This document shows, one piece after another, positions 14,601-26,135 of a DNA stretch of 64,000 bases. The stretch covers positions 160,400,058 through 160,464,057 of the forward strand of contig NC_092372.1 of assembly GCF_030028105.1 (NCBI RefSeq). Direction: 5' to 3'. The translations under genes were made by a program, and so were the position numbers. The stretch comes from Mobula birostris. Lineage: Eukaryota. Each line of letters starts with the position of its first letter. Within the stretch, counting starts at the first letter, position 1. Below the pieces are notes generated by a model. It saw nothing but the letters and a program-made list of their open reading frames with translations, ran no database searches and was not told the DNA's origin.

Positions 14601-15309
14601 TGGTGTTAGGCTACATTGCACCATGGTGTATGACCCATAAACCAATGGCCTTTGTGAGTGGTTTCACCGCCCCTTAAAGGCTGCTCTGAGGGCTTCCTGA
14701 CAGATGAGTGTTGGCGTGATCATCTCCCATGGGTCCTGCTGGAGCTCAGAACAGTTCTAAAAGAGGCCTGTAGTTATCCACGGCTGAGCTGGTCTACGGG
14801 CAGCCATTATGAGTGCCAGGTGATTTCATTCCTGTCACCAGGACTGCCTGGTTGACCTCTCAACAGCGTTCCACCCTCCTCAATAAATTCAATTCCTTTG
14901 CACCTATTCCATCCTCCCATTGCAGTGTACACCACTCTTGGGCTCCTGTTGACCTACATTTGTTTTCGTTCACCATGATGCACACCAATGACCCCTTAAG
15001 CCGCCTCACAATGGCCTGTTCCACATCGTGGAATGGAGGGAAAAGATTTTTGTCATAAATAAGAGGAGTAAATCTGAATGTATTTTGGTAGATCACCCAC
15101 CAAGATTTGGAAGATTCCGCTATCATGGTCCTGCCATCACAACATGACCATGAGCGTGTCAACACATCTCTGGACGATCCTTTGCTGTTCTTCCACCCAT
15201 GGAAAATAGGACCTGAGCCAGGTGGCTCATCCGAGCTCTGAACAGGCTGCCAACATCAGTTTTAGTGAATTCTGGGGTTGGGGGGGGGGGGCGGTTGGAG
15301 AAAGGGTAT

Positions 15310-15522
15310 TGTAGGGTATTGTAATTGGTGGAAATGTACGTATTTCACAACCACCGACATAGAGTTGGGGTTCACCGTAACAGGCTGTCTGATGTGATGA
15401 TGTAATTATTTAAAATACTTGTACTGTACTTTATGTTCAGTGTTTGGAGTACAATAAATGAGTTGTTACAGTTTTTCCTAAACATAAAATGCGTCATGCA
15501 GATTTATTTGCAAAAGCCTACA
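15310..15522 (+). repeat. 3' LTR
   Basis: TG...CA termini; preceded by the polypurine tract; contains aataaa; followed by the gcac TSD. Confidence 0.9.
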
Positions 15523-16553
15523 GCACAATTAACCATATAGAATTCCAATGTCACAGCAGTAAGTGAGACCTAGATTGAAAAAAAGGAATGAGATCTAAGT
15601 ATATTCCTGGAGATAGGATGGTCAAGAATGTTAGGGAAAAGAAGCAAGTAGGGATATACCATTGTTAATTAATTTGAATATTGCTGGTCTGGAGAGTAAG
15701 CTGGAATGACCAAAGAGATGGATGTGTCTGTTTAGGATTAAAAAGCAATAAAGATGGAATTACATTACAGGCTGCCAACAAGTTTTCAGAAAAGCTACAG
15801 ATATGAAAACAAAAGCCCTACTGGGGTGACAACTATACAAATATATCCTGGGACAAAGAGAGGGAGGAGTTTCCACAATGTGTTCAGGAGAACTTCCTTG
15901 ATCAGTTTGCTTCTACTTTAGCAAAGAAGGGAGCATTGTTGGACTTGGATCAAGAAAATGTGGCAGAACAAGTGGAGCAAATATTACTTGGAGAAGCTAG
16001 AAGCAAACTGATCAAGAAAGTCCTCCTGAACACATTGTAGAAACTCCTCCCTCTCTTTGCCTCAGGATTTATTTGTATAGTTGTAGATATCACTCTGATA
16101 GGGCTTTTGTTTTCATATCTGTAGCTTCTCTGAAAACTTGCTCCTTAATGTCCTCCCTCAGCGCAGTTGGCAGCCTGTAATGTAATTCCATCTTTATTGC
16201 TTTTTAATCCTAAACAGACACATCCATCTCTTTGGTCATTCCAGCACACCATTACTCTCCAGATCAGCGATATTCAAATTAAACAACGATGGTACAACCC
16301 TGCTTTCTTCTTTTCCCTAATATTCTTGACAATCCTATCTCCAGCAATACATTTAGATCTCATTTCTTTTTTTTAAGCTAGGTCTCACATTGCTGTGACA
16401 TTGGAATTGTATATGGTTAATTATACTGTAGGTTTATGTAAATAAAGTAGCACAAAGCATCTGATGTTTAAGAACTGTAACAACTCATTTCTTTTACTTC
16501 AACCACTGAATATAAAGCACAGTAAAAGTACTTCACGTAATTACATCATTACA
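15393..16553. repeat. Long inverted repeat (arms ~15393-15915 and ~15998-16553, spacer ~82 bp)
   Basis: Direct reverse-complement comparison; 15700-15779 is the exact reverse complement of 16166-16245. Confidence 0.93.
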
Positions 16554-17080
16554 ATAAGATCATTAGACATAGGAGCAGAATTTGTCCATTTTGGCAATCG
16601 AGTCTGTTCCACCATTTCATCATGGCTGATCCTTTTTCCCTCTCTACCCTATTCTCTTGCCTTCCTCCCATAACTTTTCACCCCCAACTTGTCAAGCATT
16701 TATCAACTTCCACCTTAAATACACCCAATGACCTGACCTCATAGCTGCCTGTGGCAAGGAATTTCACAGATTTACCACCCTCCAGCTAAAGAAGTTCCTC
16801 CTCATCGCCACCCTAAATGGACTTCCCTCTATTCTGAGGTTGTGCCCTCTGGTCCCCCACTATAGGAAGCATCCTCTCCACATCTACTCTATTTGGGCTT
16901 TTCAACATACGATAAGTTTCAATGAGATCCCCCTCCCTCATTCTTCTAAATTCCAGTTACTATAGGCCCAGAGCCATCAAACATCCTCATATGTTAGTCC
17001 TTTCATTCCCGGGGTCATTCTCATGAGCTTCCTCTGAACCCTCTTCAATGTCAGCACATCTTTTCTTAGAAAAGGGGCCT
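16554..17080 (-). mobile_element. CR1 LINE 3' fragment
   Basis: Tail ataagatcattagacataggagcagaat; similar to 1-260 and 60175-60935. Confidence 0.8.
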
Positions 17081-17109
17081 GAAGTGGTAGAGAGTTTAGT
17101 TCCACTTAA

Positions 17110-17914
17110 ATAAACACGGAGACTGCTGGAAATACTCAGATCAGCTTGTGAAGCTGCCAGGAGGATGGGGGTGGAACAATGTCTCTAATATGATAGCGAG
17201 GGTGAGCATGGAGATAACCTGTAAACAAACTCAGCTGATCATTGGGTGAATGGGAACAGAAGGAGGGTGGGAGTATTGACAAAAGAACACTGGAGACACA
17301 TGAGACTGCAGATGCTGAAACCTGATGCAACACACAAAAAGCTGGAGGAACTCAGTGGGCACACAGCACTTATGGAGGGAAATGGACAGTCAAGGTTAAG
17401 GTCCTTCATCAGGATTGAAAAATAGTGGAGAGATAGCCAATATTAAAAGGTGAAGGGAAGGGGATTTGGAGTGACAGCTGGCAGGTAATTGGTGGATCCA
17501 GGTGAAGGGGTCATTGGCAGATGAGGGAATGGAGAGTGAGAAGAGCTCCTGAAGCTGGGAGGTGGTAGCTGAAAGTGATAAAGGTGAAATGTCGACTGTA
17601 CACGGAGATGTTGCCTGTCCTGCTGAGTATCTCCCCCAGTTCTTTTTTATTGGATTCCATCATCTTTAGGCCTTTATCACGTTCATCTAGCTGGGCTTGT
17701 CCCCGTACTTTGTATTTCACAACTCTTTTGTCCGTGTTCTTTTTGCCCATGTTCTCACTAACTGCTCCCATTCACAAATCAACCAGCTAATTTTGTTTAC
17801 AGCTTATTTCCATGATTACTCTGGCTTTAACCTATCAGAGACATCACCATTCCCCACTCCCTCCCTCCATCCATCTACTTTATTACCTGCTTTAGTCTCC
17901 TTTTTAGTTCTGAT
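17110..17914. repeat. Cluster of Penelope-like 3' region remnants in both orientations; the last continues at 20280-20365
   Basis: actgcagatgctg, gctggaggaactcag and ccttcatcagga on the minus strand; ttagttctgat...tgacctgacatattgac...ttgctgagta on the plus strand, split by a CR1. Confidence 0.65.
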
Positions 17915-17920
17915 ATTATA

Positions 17921-20273
17921 CATAGAACATAGAACAGTACAGCACTGTACAGGCCCTTCGGCCCACAATGTCGTGCCGACCCTCAAACCCTGCCTCCCAT
18001 ATAAGCCCCCACCTTAGATTCCTCTATATACCTGTCTAGTAGTCTCTTAAACTTCACTAGTGTATCTGCCTCCACCACTGACTCAGGCAGTGCATTCCAC
18101 ACACCAACCACTCTCTGAGTAAAAAACCTTCCTCTAATATCCCCCTTGAACTTCCCACCCCTTACCTTAAAGCCATGTCCTCTTGTATTGAGCAGTGGTG
18201 CGCTGGGGAAGAGGCGCTGGCTATCCACTCTATCTATTCCTCTTATTATCTTGTACACTTCTATCATGTCTCCTCTCATCCTCCTCCTCTCCAAAGAGTA
18301 AAGCCCTAGCTCCCTTAATCTCTGTTCATAATGCATACTTTCTAAATCAGCCAGCATCCTGGTAAATCTCCTCTGTACCCTTTCCAATGCTTCCACATCC
18401 TTCCTATAGTGAGGTGACCAGAACTGGACACAGTACTCCAAGTGTGGCCTAACCAGAGTTTTATAGAGCTGCATCATTACATCGCGACTCTTAAACTCTA
18501 TCCCTCGACTTATGAAAGCTAACACCCCATAAGCTTTCTTAACTACCCTATCCACCTGTGAGGCAACTTTCAGGGATATGTGGACATGTACCCCGAGATC
18601 CCTCTGCTCCTCCACACTACCAAGTATCCTGCCATTTACTTTGTACTCTGCCTTGGAGTTTGTCCTTCCAAAGTGTACCACCTCACACTTCTCCGGGTTG
18701 AACTCCATCTGCCACTTCTCAGCCCACTTCTGCATCCTATCAATGTCTCTCTGCAATCTTTGACAATCCTCTACACTATCCACAACACCACCAACCTTTG
18801 TGTCGTCTGCAAACTTGCCAACCCACCCTTCTACCCCCACATCCAGGTTGTTAATAAAAATCACGAAAAGTAGAGGTCCCATAACAGGTCCTTGTGGGAC
18901 ACCACTAGTTACAATCCTCCAATCTGAATGTACTCCCTCCACCACCACCCTCTGCCTTCTGCAGGCAAGCCAATTCTGAATCTACCTGGCCAAACTTCCC
19001 TGGATCCCATGCCTTTAACTTTCTGAATAAGCCTACCGTGTGGAACCTTGTCAAATGCCTTACTAAAATCCATATAGATCACATCCACTGCACTACCCTC
19101 ATCTATATGCCTGGTCATCTCCTCAAAGAACTCTATCAGGCTTATTAGACACAATCTGCCCTTCACAAAGCCATGCTGACTGTCCCTGATCAGACCATGA
19201 TTCTCTAAATGCCTATAGATCCTATCTCTAAGAATCTTTTCCAATAGCTTTCCCACCACAGATGTAAGGCTCACTGGTCTATAATTACCCAGACTATCCC
19301 TATTACCTTTTTTGAACAAGGGGACAACATTCGCCTCCCTCCAATCCTCCGGTACCATTCCCGTGGACAACAAGAACATAAAGATCCTAGCCAGAGGTTC
19401 AGCAGTCTCTTCTCTCGCCTCGCGGAGCAGCTTGGGGAATATTCTGTCAGGCCCCGGGGACTTAACCGTCCTAATGTATTTTAACAACTTCAAAACCTCC
19501 TCTCCCTTAATATCAACATGCTCCAGAACATCAACCTCACTCATATTGTCCTCACCATCATCAAGTTCCCTCTCATTGGTGAATACTGAAGAGAAGTATT
19601 CATTGAGGACCTCGCTCACTTCCACAGCCTCTAGGCAAATCTTCCCACCTTTATCTCTAATCGGTCCTACTTTCACTCCTGTCATCCTTTTTTTCTTCAC
19701 ATAATTGAAGAATGCCTTGGGGTTTTCCTTTACCCTACTCACCAAGGCCTTCTCATGCCCCCTTCTTGCTCTTCTCAGCCCCTTCTTAAGCTCCTTTCTT
19801 GCTTCCCTATATTCCTCAATAGACCCATCTGATCCTTGCTTCCTAAACCTCATGTATGCTGCCTTCTTCCACCTGACTATATTTTCCACCTCACTTGTCA
19901 CCCATGGTTCCTTCACCCTACCATTCTTTATCTTCCTCACCGGGACAAATTTATCCCTAACATCCTGCAAGAGATCTCTAAACATCGACCACATGTCCAT
20001 AGTACATTTCCCTGCAAAAACATCACCCCAATTCACACCCGCAAGTTCTAGCCTTATAGCCTCATAATTTGCCTTTCCCGAATTAAAAATTTTCCTGTCC
20101 TGTTTGATTCTATCCTTTTCCAAGATAATTATAAAGGCCAGGGAGCGGTGGTCACTGTCCCCCCGATGCTCACCCACTGAGAGATTTGTGACCTGACCCG
20201 GTTCATTACCTAGTACTAGATCTAGTATGGCATTCCCCCTGGTTGGCCTATCCACATAACGTGACAGGAATCC
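17921..20273 (-). mobile_element. Young 5'-truncated CR1 LINE; ORF2 open except one frameshift
   Basis: ORFs 18909-20255 and 17983-18948 join through a frameshift near 19010. Motifs NYRPVSLTS, YMDFSKAFD, GVPQG, KFADDTK. (ttctatg)n tail; attata at 17915-17920 and 20274-20279. Confidence 0.95.
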
Positions 20274-22219
20274 ATTATATTATTGACCTGACATATTGAC
20301 ACTGTTTCTCGTCCCGCAGATATAACCTGACTTGCTGAGTATGTCCAGTATTTTCTGTTTTATCGTAGTGCAGTGCGGGAACAGGCCCTTTGGTCACAGC
20401 GTGATGGTACACTAAATAAGTGAATGACACCCAATGAAACTAATCAGCTCTGCGTCTGGTTTTGCAGCTCTTCTGCCCATGCTGCAAGAAACTGCAGGAA
20501 GTTGTGCTGAGCCACGCTCACATCATGAAAACCAGCTCCATGGACTGTATCTACATTTCTCAGTGCCTCAAATGTAATCAAAGAATTATATAGCATGGAA
20601 ACACAGCATTCACACCAACCAGTGGGAACCCTTCTGTATTGGTCTCTTCTCCCAGAACTTCAATACCAGGTGATTCAGGAATTCATCAAGATGATTCACG
20701 TGCTCATCCAAACACATCTTAAGTGTTGTCAAGTGACACAGCTTTTTTGTATAGAGTGTAAAGGAGAGCCAAGAGTGGACAACAGAACACTGAAAAATGT
20801 TGCTGGAGAGGTAGAACAAAGAAATGGTCGACAAACTGAATAATTATTTTGGATCAGTCTTCATTGTGGAAGACACCAGAGAGAGTCAGGGGGAAGAAGT
20901 GAGTGTAGTCACTACTACTAAAGCAGGGGTCCTTGCAAGGATTAAAGGTCTGAAAAGAGCAGTTCTGATGGGACAGGTCCCACCTGAAACATGTTGGCAC
21001 CAAGGTCATGGCCAATCACATAACTAGGGCTCTAGATATTGCTTTAAACTAAATAGAAGTGGGGGGCGGGGTTCAACAGCTTGGAAAAGTATTGATAAAT
21101 AGGAAGGAGAATGTAGGAAAGGTTAGACGTCTCCAAACTAAAGAATAAGAGAGGAAGTTTAGAAAGGGTTAAGAATTTAGTTTCCGGCAACATGGAGTGA
21201 AGGTGATGTATTCATTCACACAGTATACAAAATAAGATAGATGATTTTGTTCTGCAGCAAGAAATTGGCAGTATGATGCTGTGGGCATCACAGAGTCATG
21301 GCTAAAAGAAGATCACAGTTGGGAGTTTAACATCCAGGAATAAACTTCATACCAAAAGAACAGACAAGTGGGTGGCTTTGTTGGTAAAAAATGAAACCAT
21401 ATACTTAGAAAGATGTGATATAGAATCAGAAGGGTTAGTATTCTTGTGGGTAGAGTTGAGAAACTACAAGGGTAAAAGACCCTTCCGCAAATTTATATGC
21501 AGGCCTCCGAACTAGCCAGGATGTGGGATACAAATAGCAATGGACAATTGAAAAGCCATGTAAAAATGACATTTTTATGATGGTTATGGAGGAATTCAAT
21601 ATGTAGGTAGTTTGGAAAATCAAATTGGTGCTGAATCCCCGGAGAAGGAATTTGTGGAACGTCTATGAAATGTCTTTTAAGAGCAGATTGTGTTCGAGCC
21701 GTATGGGGAAAAGGAAATCCTGGATTGTGTTTTGTATAATGAACCAGATTTGATTACTGAGTTTAATGTAAAGGAACTCTTAGGAGGCAGTGATCATAAT
21801 TCATCCTGCAGTTTGAGAGGGAGAAGCTAAAATTAGATTTATCAGTATTAGTGCTGAGCAAAAGTTAAAATAGAGTTTGAGAGGGGAGCTGGCCAAATTT
21901 AATTCGAAAGGTAAACTAGCAAGGATGATGGTAGAGCAGCAAGGCTGGAGTTTCCGGGAGTAACTCAAAAGATGCAGGATTGGTTCATCCCAAAGAAGAA
22001 GAATCATTCTAAAGGGAGGATGCGGTAACTGTGGTTGACAAGCGAAGTCAAAGACAACAAAAAAGGCAAAAGGGAGGGCATACAATATAGCAAAAATTAG
22101 TGGGAAGCTAGAGGATTGGGAATCTATTAAAAACAACAGTAGGCAACTAAAATAGAAATGAGAAAAAAAATGAAATATGAAGGTAAGCTGACCAATAACA
22201 TAAAACAGGATAGTGAAAG

Positions 22220-24048
22220 AAGTAGGTTCAGGTGTAGCACTTGCGCTTACAGGCATAAGTGCCAGGTGGGAAGTCTGTGGGGAGGGACATGTGGACCAGG
22301 GAGTCGCGGAGGGACCGATCCCTGCGGAAAGCGGAGAGTGGTGGAGAGGGAAAAGTGTGCTTAATGGTTCACTATGGATGTCCAAACCCTATACACCTCC
22401 ATTCCCCATCAAGAAGGCCTCAAAGCCCTCCGCTATCTTCTGGATAATAGACCTCACCAGTACCCCACCACCACTACCCTCCTCCGGTTGGCAGAACTGG
22501 TTCTCACACTCAATAACTTCTCTTTTGGCTCTTCTCACTTTCTTCAGACTAAGGGTGTAGCTATGGGAACTCGCATGAGCTCTAGCTATGCCTGCCTCTT
22601 CGTTGGTTATGTGGAACAGTCTGTGCTCCAAACCTATTCTGGTACTGCTCCCCAACTTTTCCTTCGCTACATTGACGACTACATTGGTGCTGCTTCCTGC
22701 ACCCATGCTGAGCTCGTCAATTTCATCGACTTTACTTCTAACTTACACCCAGCCCTCAAATTCACTTGGTCTATCTCGGATACTTCTTTCCCCTTTCTCG
22801 ATCTCTCGGTCTCCATCTCTGGAGACAGACTGTCCACTGACATCTTCTACAAGCCCACTGACTCTCATAACTACCTCAACTATACCTTTTCCCACTCAAC
22901 CAAATGCAAAAATACCATTCCCTATTCCCAGTTCCTCTGTCTCCACCACATCTGCTCCGGGGATGAGGTTTTCCATTCTAGGACATCTCAAATGTCCTCT
23001 TTCGTTAAGGATCGTGGTTTCCTTTCTGCTGTCATCACTGACGCCCCCACCTGCATCTATTCCATTTCTCGCACTTCGGCTCTCACCCCATCCTCCCGCC
23101 ACCACAACAGGGACAGAGTTCCTCTTGTCCTCACCTAGCACCCCACCAGCCTCCGGATCTAGCACATTATCCTCCGCAACTTCCGCCACCTTCAACAGGA
23201 CCCCACCACTAAGCACATCTTTCCCTCTCCACCACTCTCCGCTTTCCGCAAGGATCGGTACCTCCCCACGGATCTCCCACCTGGCACTTATCCCTGTAAG
23301 CCCAAGTGCTACACCTGTCCCTACACCTCCTCTCTTGCCACCATTCAGGGCCCCAAACAGTCCTTCCAGGTGAGGCAACACTTCACTTGTGAGTCTGTTG
23401 GGGTCATCTATTGCATCCGGTGCTGCTGGTGTGGCCTGCTCTACATCGGTGAAACCCGACGCAGATTGGGGGACCGCTTCGTCGAGCGCCTCCGCTCAGT
23501 CCACCAAAACAGACAGGATCTCCCTGTAGCCACCCACTTCAACTCTGCTTCCCACTCCCATTCAGATATGTCCATACATGGCCTCCACTACTGCCATAAT
23601 GAGGCTAAACTCAGGTTGGAGGAGCAACACCTCATATACCGTCTAGGTAGTCTCCAGCCCTTTGGTATGAACATAGAATTCTCCAACTTCCGGTAATTCC
23701 CTCCCCTTCCCTTCCCCTATCCCTATGTCACTCTGCCCCCTCCCCCAGTTGCCTATCACCTCCCTCATAGTTCTGCCTCCTTCTACTATCCATTGTGTTT
23801 TCCCCTATTCTTTCTTCACCTTTCCTGCCTATCACCTCCCTGCCTCCCCTCCCCCACCCCTTTATCTTTACCCTTACTGGTTTTTCACCTGGAACCTACC
23901 AGCCTTCTCCTTCCCACTGTCCCCCACCTTCTTTATAGGGCCTCTGCCCCTTCCCTCTACAGTCCTGATGAAGGGTTCCAGCCCAAAACATCGACCGATC
24001 TTTTCCACAGATGCTGCCCGACCTGCTGAGTTCCTCCAGTGTGTTATG
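22220..24048 (+). mobile_element. Penelope-like retroelement (RT + GIY-YIG), 5'-truncated, with an inverted 5' segment
   Basis: RT 22374-23138 (MDVQTLYTSIPH, KGVAMGT, RYIDD, PFLD, FYKPTD). GIY-YIG endonuclease 23370-23696 (VIYCIRC..CGLLYIGET). In-frame stops between them. 13-bp TSD aggatagtgaaag at 22207-22219 and 24049-24061. Confidence 0.93.
23960..23997 (+). ncRNA. Minimal type I hammerhead-ribozyme relic in the PLE 3' region (core mutated)
   Basis: cagtc-CTGATGA-a-gggt-tcca-gccc-AAAA-catc-gaccg. CUGAUGA box intact, stems I and II present; GAAA and GUC altered by G>A at CpG positions. Confidence 0.7.
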
Positions 24049-24660
24049 AGGATAGTGAAAGTATTTTTAGATATATAAGGAGTGAACGAGAGGTAAGAGA
24101 ACTGGAAAAATGATACTGGAGAGGTAAGGATACGGAAACAAGAAATGGTGAACAAATTGAAAGTATTTTGTGTAAGTTTTTCCTGTGGAAGATTGGACAA
24201 GTTACTTGGACCAGATGGACTACACCCCAGGGTTCTGAAAGAAGTTGAAGAAGAGATTGTAGAGGAATTAGTAATGATCTAACAAGATTCACTAGGTTCT
24301 GGAATGGTTCCAGAGGGCTGAAAAATCTCGAAAGTAACTCCATCTTAAAGAACAGAGGGAGGCAAAAGATAGGAAATTTCACACCAATTAGCCTTACTTT
24401 AGCAGTTGGCAAGATGTTAGAGTCCATTATCAAGAATGAGGTTTTGGGTACTTGGAGGCACACAATAAAATAGGCATAGTTTCCTTCAGGGAAAATGTTG
24501 CCTGACAAATCTGTTGGCATTTTTTGAGGAAATAACAGGCAGTGGGAATAAAGGGGGCCATTTCTGGTTGGCTCTGGTGACTAGTGGTGTCCCTCTGGGC
24601 AGGGATCGGTATTGTGTCTGATAGTTTTCGCGTTATATTCCATAAAGACCTGCATTACAG

Positions 24661-24934
24661 GTATGGCGCGTGGCCAAGTGGTTAGGGCGTTGGACTAGCC
24701 ATCTGAAGGTCGTGGGTTCGAGCCTCGGCCGAGGCAGCATGTGTGTCCTTGAGCAAGGCACTTAACCACACAATGCTCCAGTCTACCCAGCTGAGAATGG
24801 GTACCGGCAAAAAATGCTGGGTTAACCTTGCGACAGACTGGCGTCCTATCCGGTGGGGGGGTGGGGGGGAGGAGTTTCGTAGTCTCACGTCACGGAAACT
24901 GGCATAAGCCACAGGGCTCGTGACAGACTTTAAT
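24661..24934 (+). mobile_element. Young tRNA-derived SINE with CORE-like domain
   Basis: A box tggccaagtgg, B box ggttcgagcc; CORE-like gtgtccttgagcaaggcacttaacc; CpG-rich; 11-bp TSD ctgcattacag at 24650-24660 and 24935-24945. Confidence 0.88.
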
Positions 24935-25180
24935 CTGCATTACAGAATTAATGGTTCTGTAGCCGGGTTTGTGGCCAATATAGATAGGTGGAGGGGTAGT
25001 GAGTGTTAAGGAGACAGGAAGTTGGCAGAAGTTGATATCTTCTTGATTAGTAAAAGCATCAAAGGTTATGGAGAGAAGGCATGGGACTGCAGTTGAGAGG
25101 GAAAATAAATCAGCTACGAATAGATGGCAGAGCAGACTCAATGTGCTGAGTGACCTAATTCTGCTCCTGTGTCTTATGGA

Positions 25181-25530
25181 CTTATTCAAGTGCCTGTCTA
25201 AGTCTTTTGCCAACACAGATTCCACTACCTCCTGGCACAAAGTACTAAATATAAACCACACAACAAAAAAAAACTCTAAACCTCCTTCCACTCAGCTTAA
25301 ACCTATGCCCTCTTGTTTTAAATACCCCCACTGCAGGAAAAAGATTCTGACTATCTACTCTGTCCTTCATATAATATTATATACATCTTTCAAGCCTCTT
25401 TTGTTCCAGGGAAAACAAGCTCAGCCTACCCAATCCCCTTGCATAACAAATCATCCTTGCGAGTCACCTCTGCAACCTCTTCAGTGCAATCACATCCTTC
25501 CTAATGTGTTGACCAGAATACTCCAAGCAC
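25181..25530 (-). mobile_element. Old CR1 3' fragment
   Basis: Similar to 5140-5540 (ccagggaaaacaa, gaccagaa). Confidence 0.6.
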
Positions 25531-25859
25531 AAAATTTGATCTTCATTGTTACCAAGTGATTATGATAGTCTCTGTTCCACTTTTACTGTTTATTTTTCAA
25601 ATATTATCAACTTATCATATATTCCAGTCTTGAACAATGATTCCAAATGCATAAAGAACAGCTGTGGTTTCCTGATGAATGTCAGCTGAATGTTTAGACA
25701 AATTTATTTGTCTTCTTTCACAATTTAGTTCAAACATACTTGAGCAGTAGCTGGACGTGTTTGATGTTTTATGTTTTGAATAATATTCTTAACTTTGCAT
25801 ATTCCATTTCAATTTTGCACTAATAAACAAGGTTTTTTTTTGATGTGTGATTGTGGTCT

Positions 25860-26135
25860 GGTAACTGCGAATCTGGGCGAGAGACTGGAGGCTGGAGGCC
25901 TGGAGATATTGCGTTGGTGGGAGAGAGGAAAGAAGCTTACTTTGTCATTGTTGGTTTGTTTTGTTGTTTGATTTGTTCTCCTGAACATTGTGGACAAGCT
26001 CTATTTGCGCCAAAATGTGTGACGATACCTGCAGGCTGCCCCCAGCACATCTTGGGTGGTGTTGGTTGTTAACGCAAACACCACATTGTACTGTATGCTT
26101 TGATGTGCAAGTGTTAAATAAACAGATTTGAATGC
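25860..26135 (+). repeat. Retroposon 3' fragment (related copy on the minus strand at ~63663-63770)
   Basis: gctgcccccagcaca...tgatgtgcaagtgttaaataaa tail resembles the reverse complement of 63663-63770. Confidence 0.45.

Larger units (their letters stand above)
11466..15522 (+). mobile_element. Gypsy LTR retrotransposon (probably Mag-like), both LTRs present, gag-pol decayed
   Basis: LTRs 11466-11672 and 15310-15522 (TGTA...TACA). 4-bp TSD gcac at 11462-11465 and 15523-15526. PBS tggtgacccc follows the 5' LTR and a G-rich PPT precedes the 3' LTR. Remnants of gag (FGLSESERA, SELMDHML, CFYH..FG..ARKC..PC), RT (WALPLHMV), RNase H (DHKPF, LAYISEF) and integrase (LPWVLL.LRT). Confidence 0.93.
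20770..25180 (+). mobile_element. Degenerate CR1 LINE, interrupted by a PLE (22220-24048) and a SINE (24661-24934)
   Basis: Endonuclease remnants at 21200-21800 homologous to 1697-2584; RT remnants at 24060-24640; 3' end ctaattctgctcctgtgtcttatgg at ~25155-25180. Confidence 0.8.

Noticed and set aside
24664-24735. tRNA-like sequence as a true tRNA gene
   Set aside because: No proper acceptor stem or pol III terminator; it runs into a SINE body bounded by TSDs.
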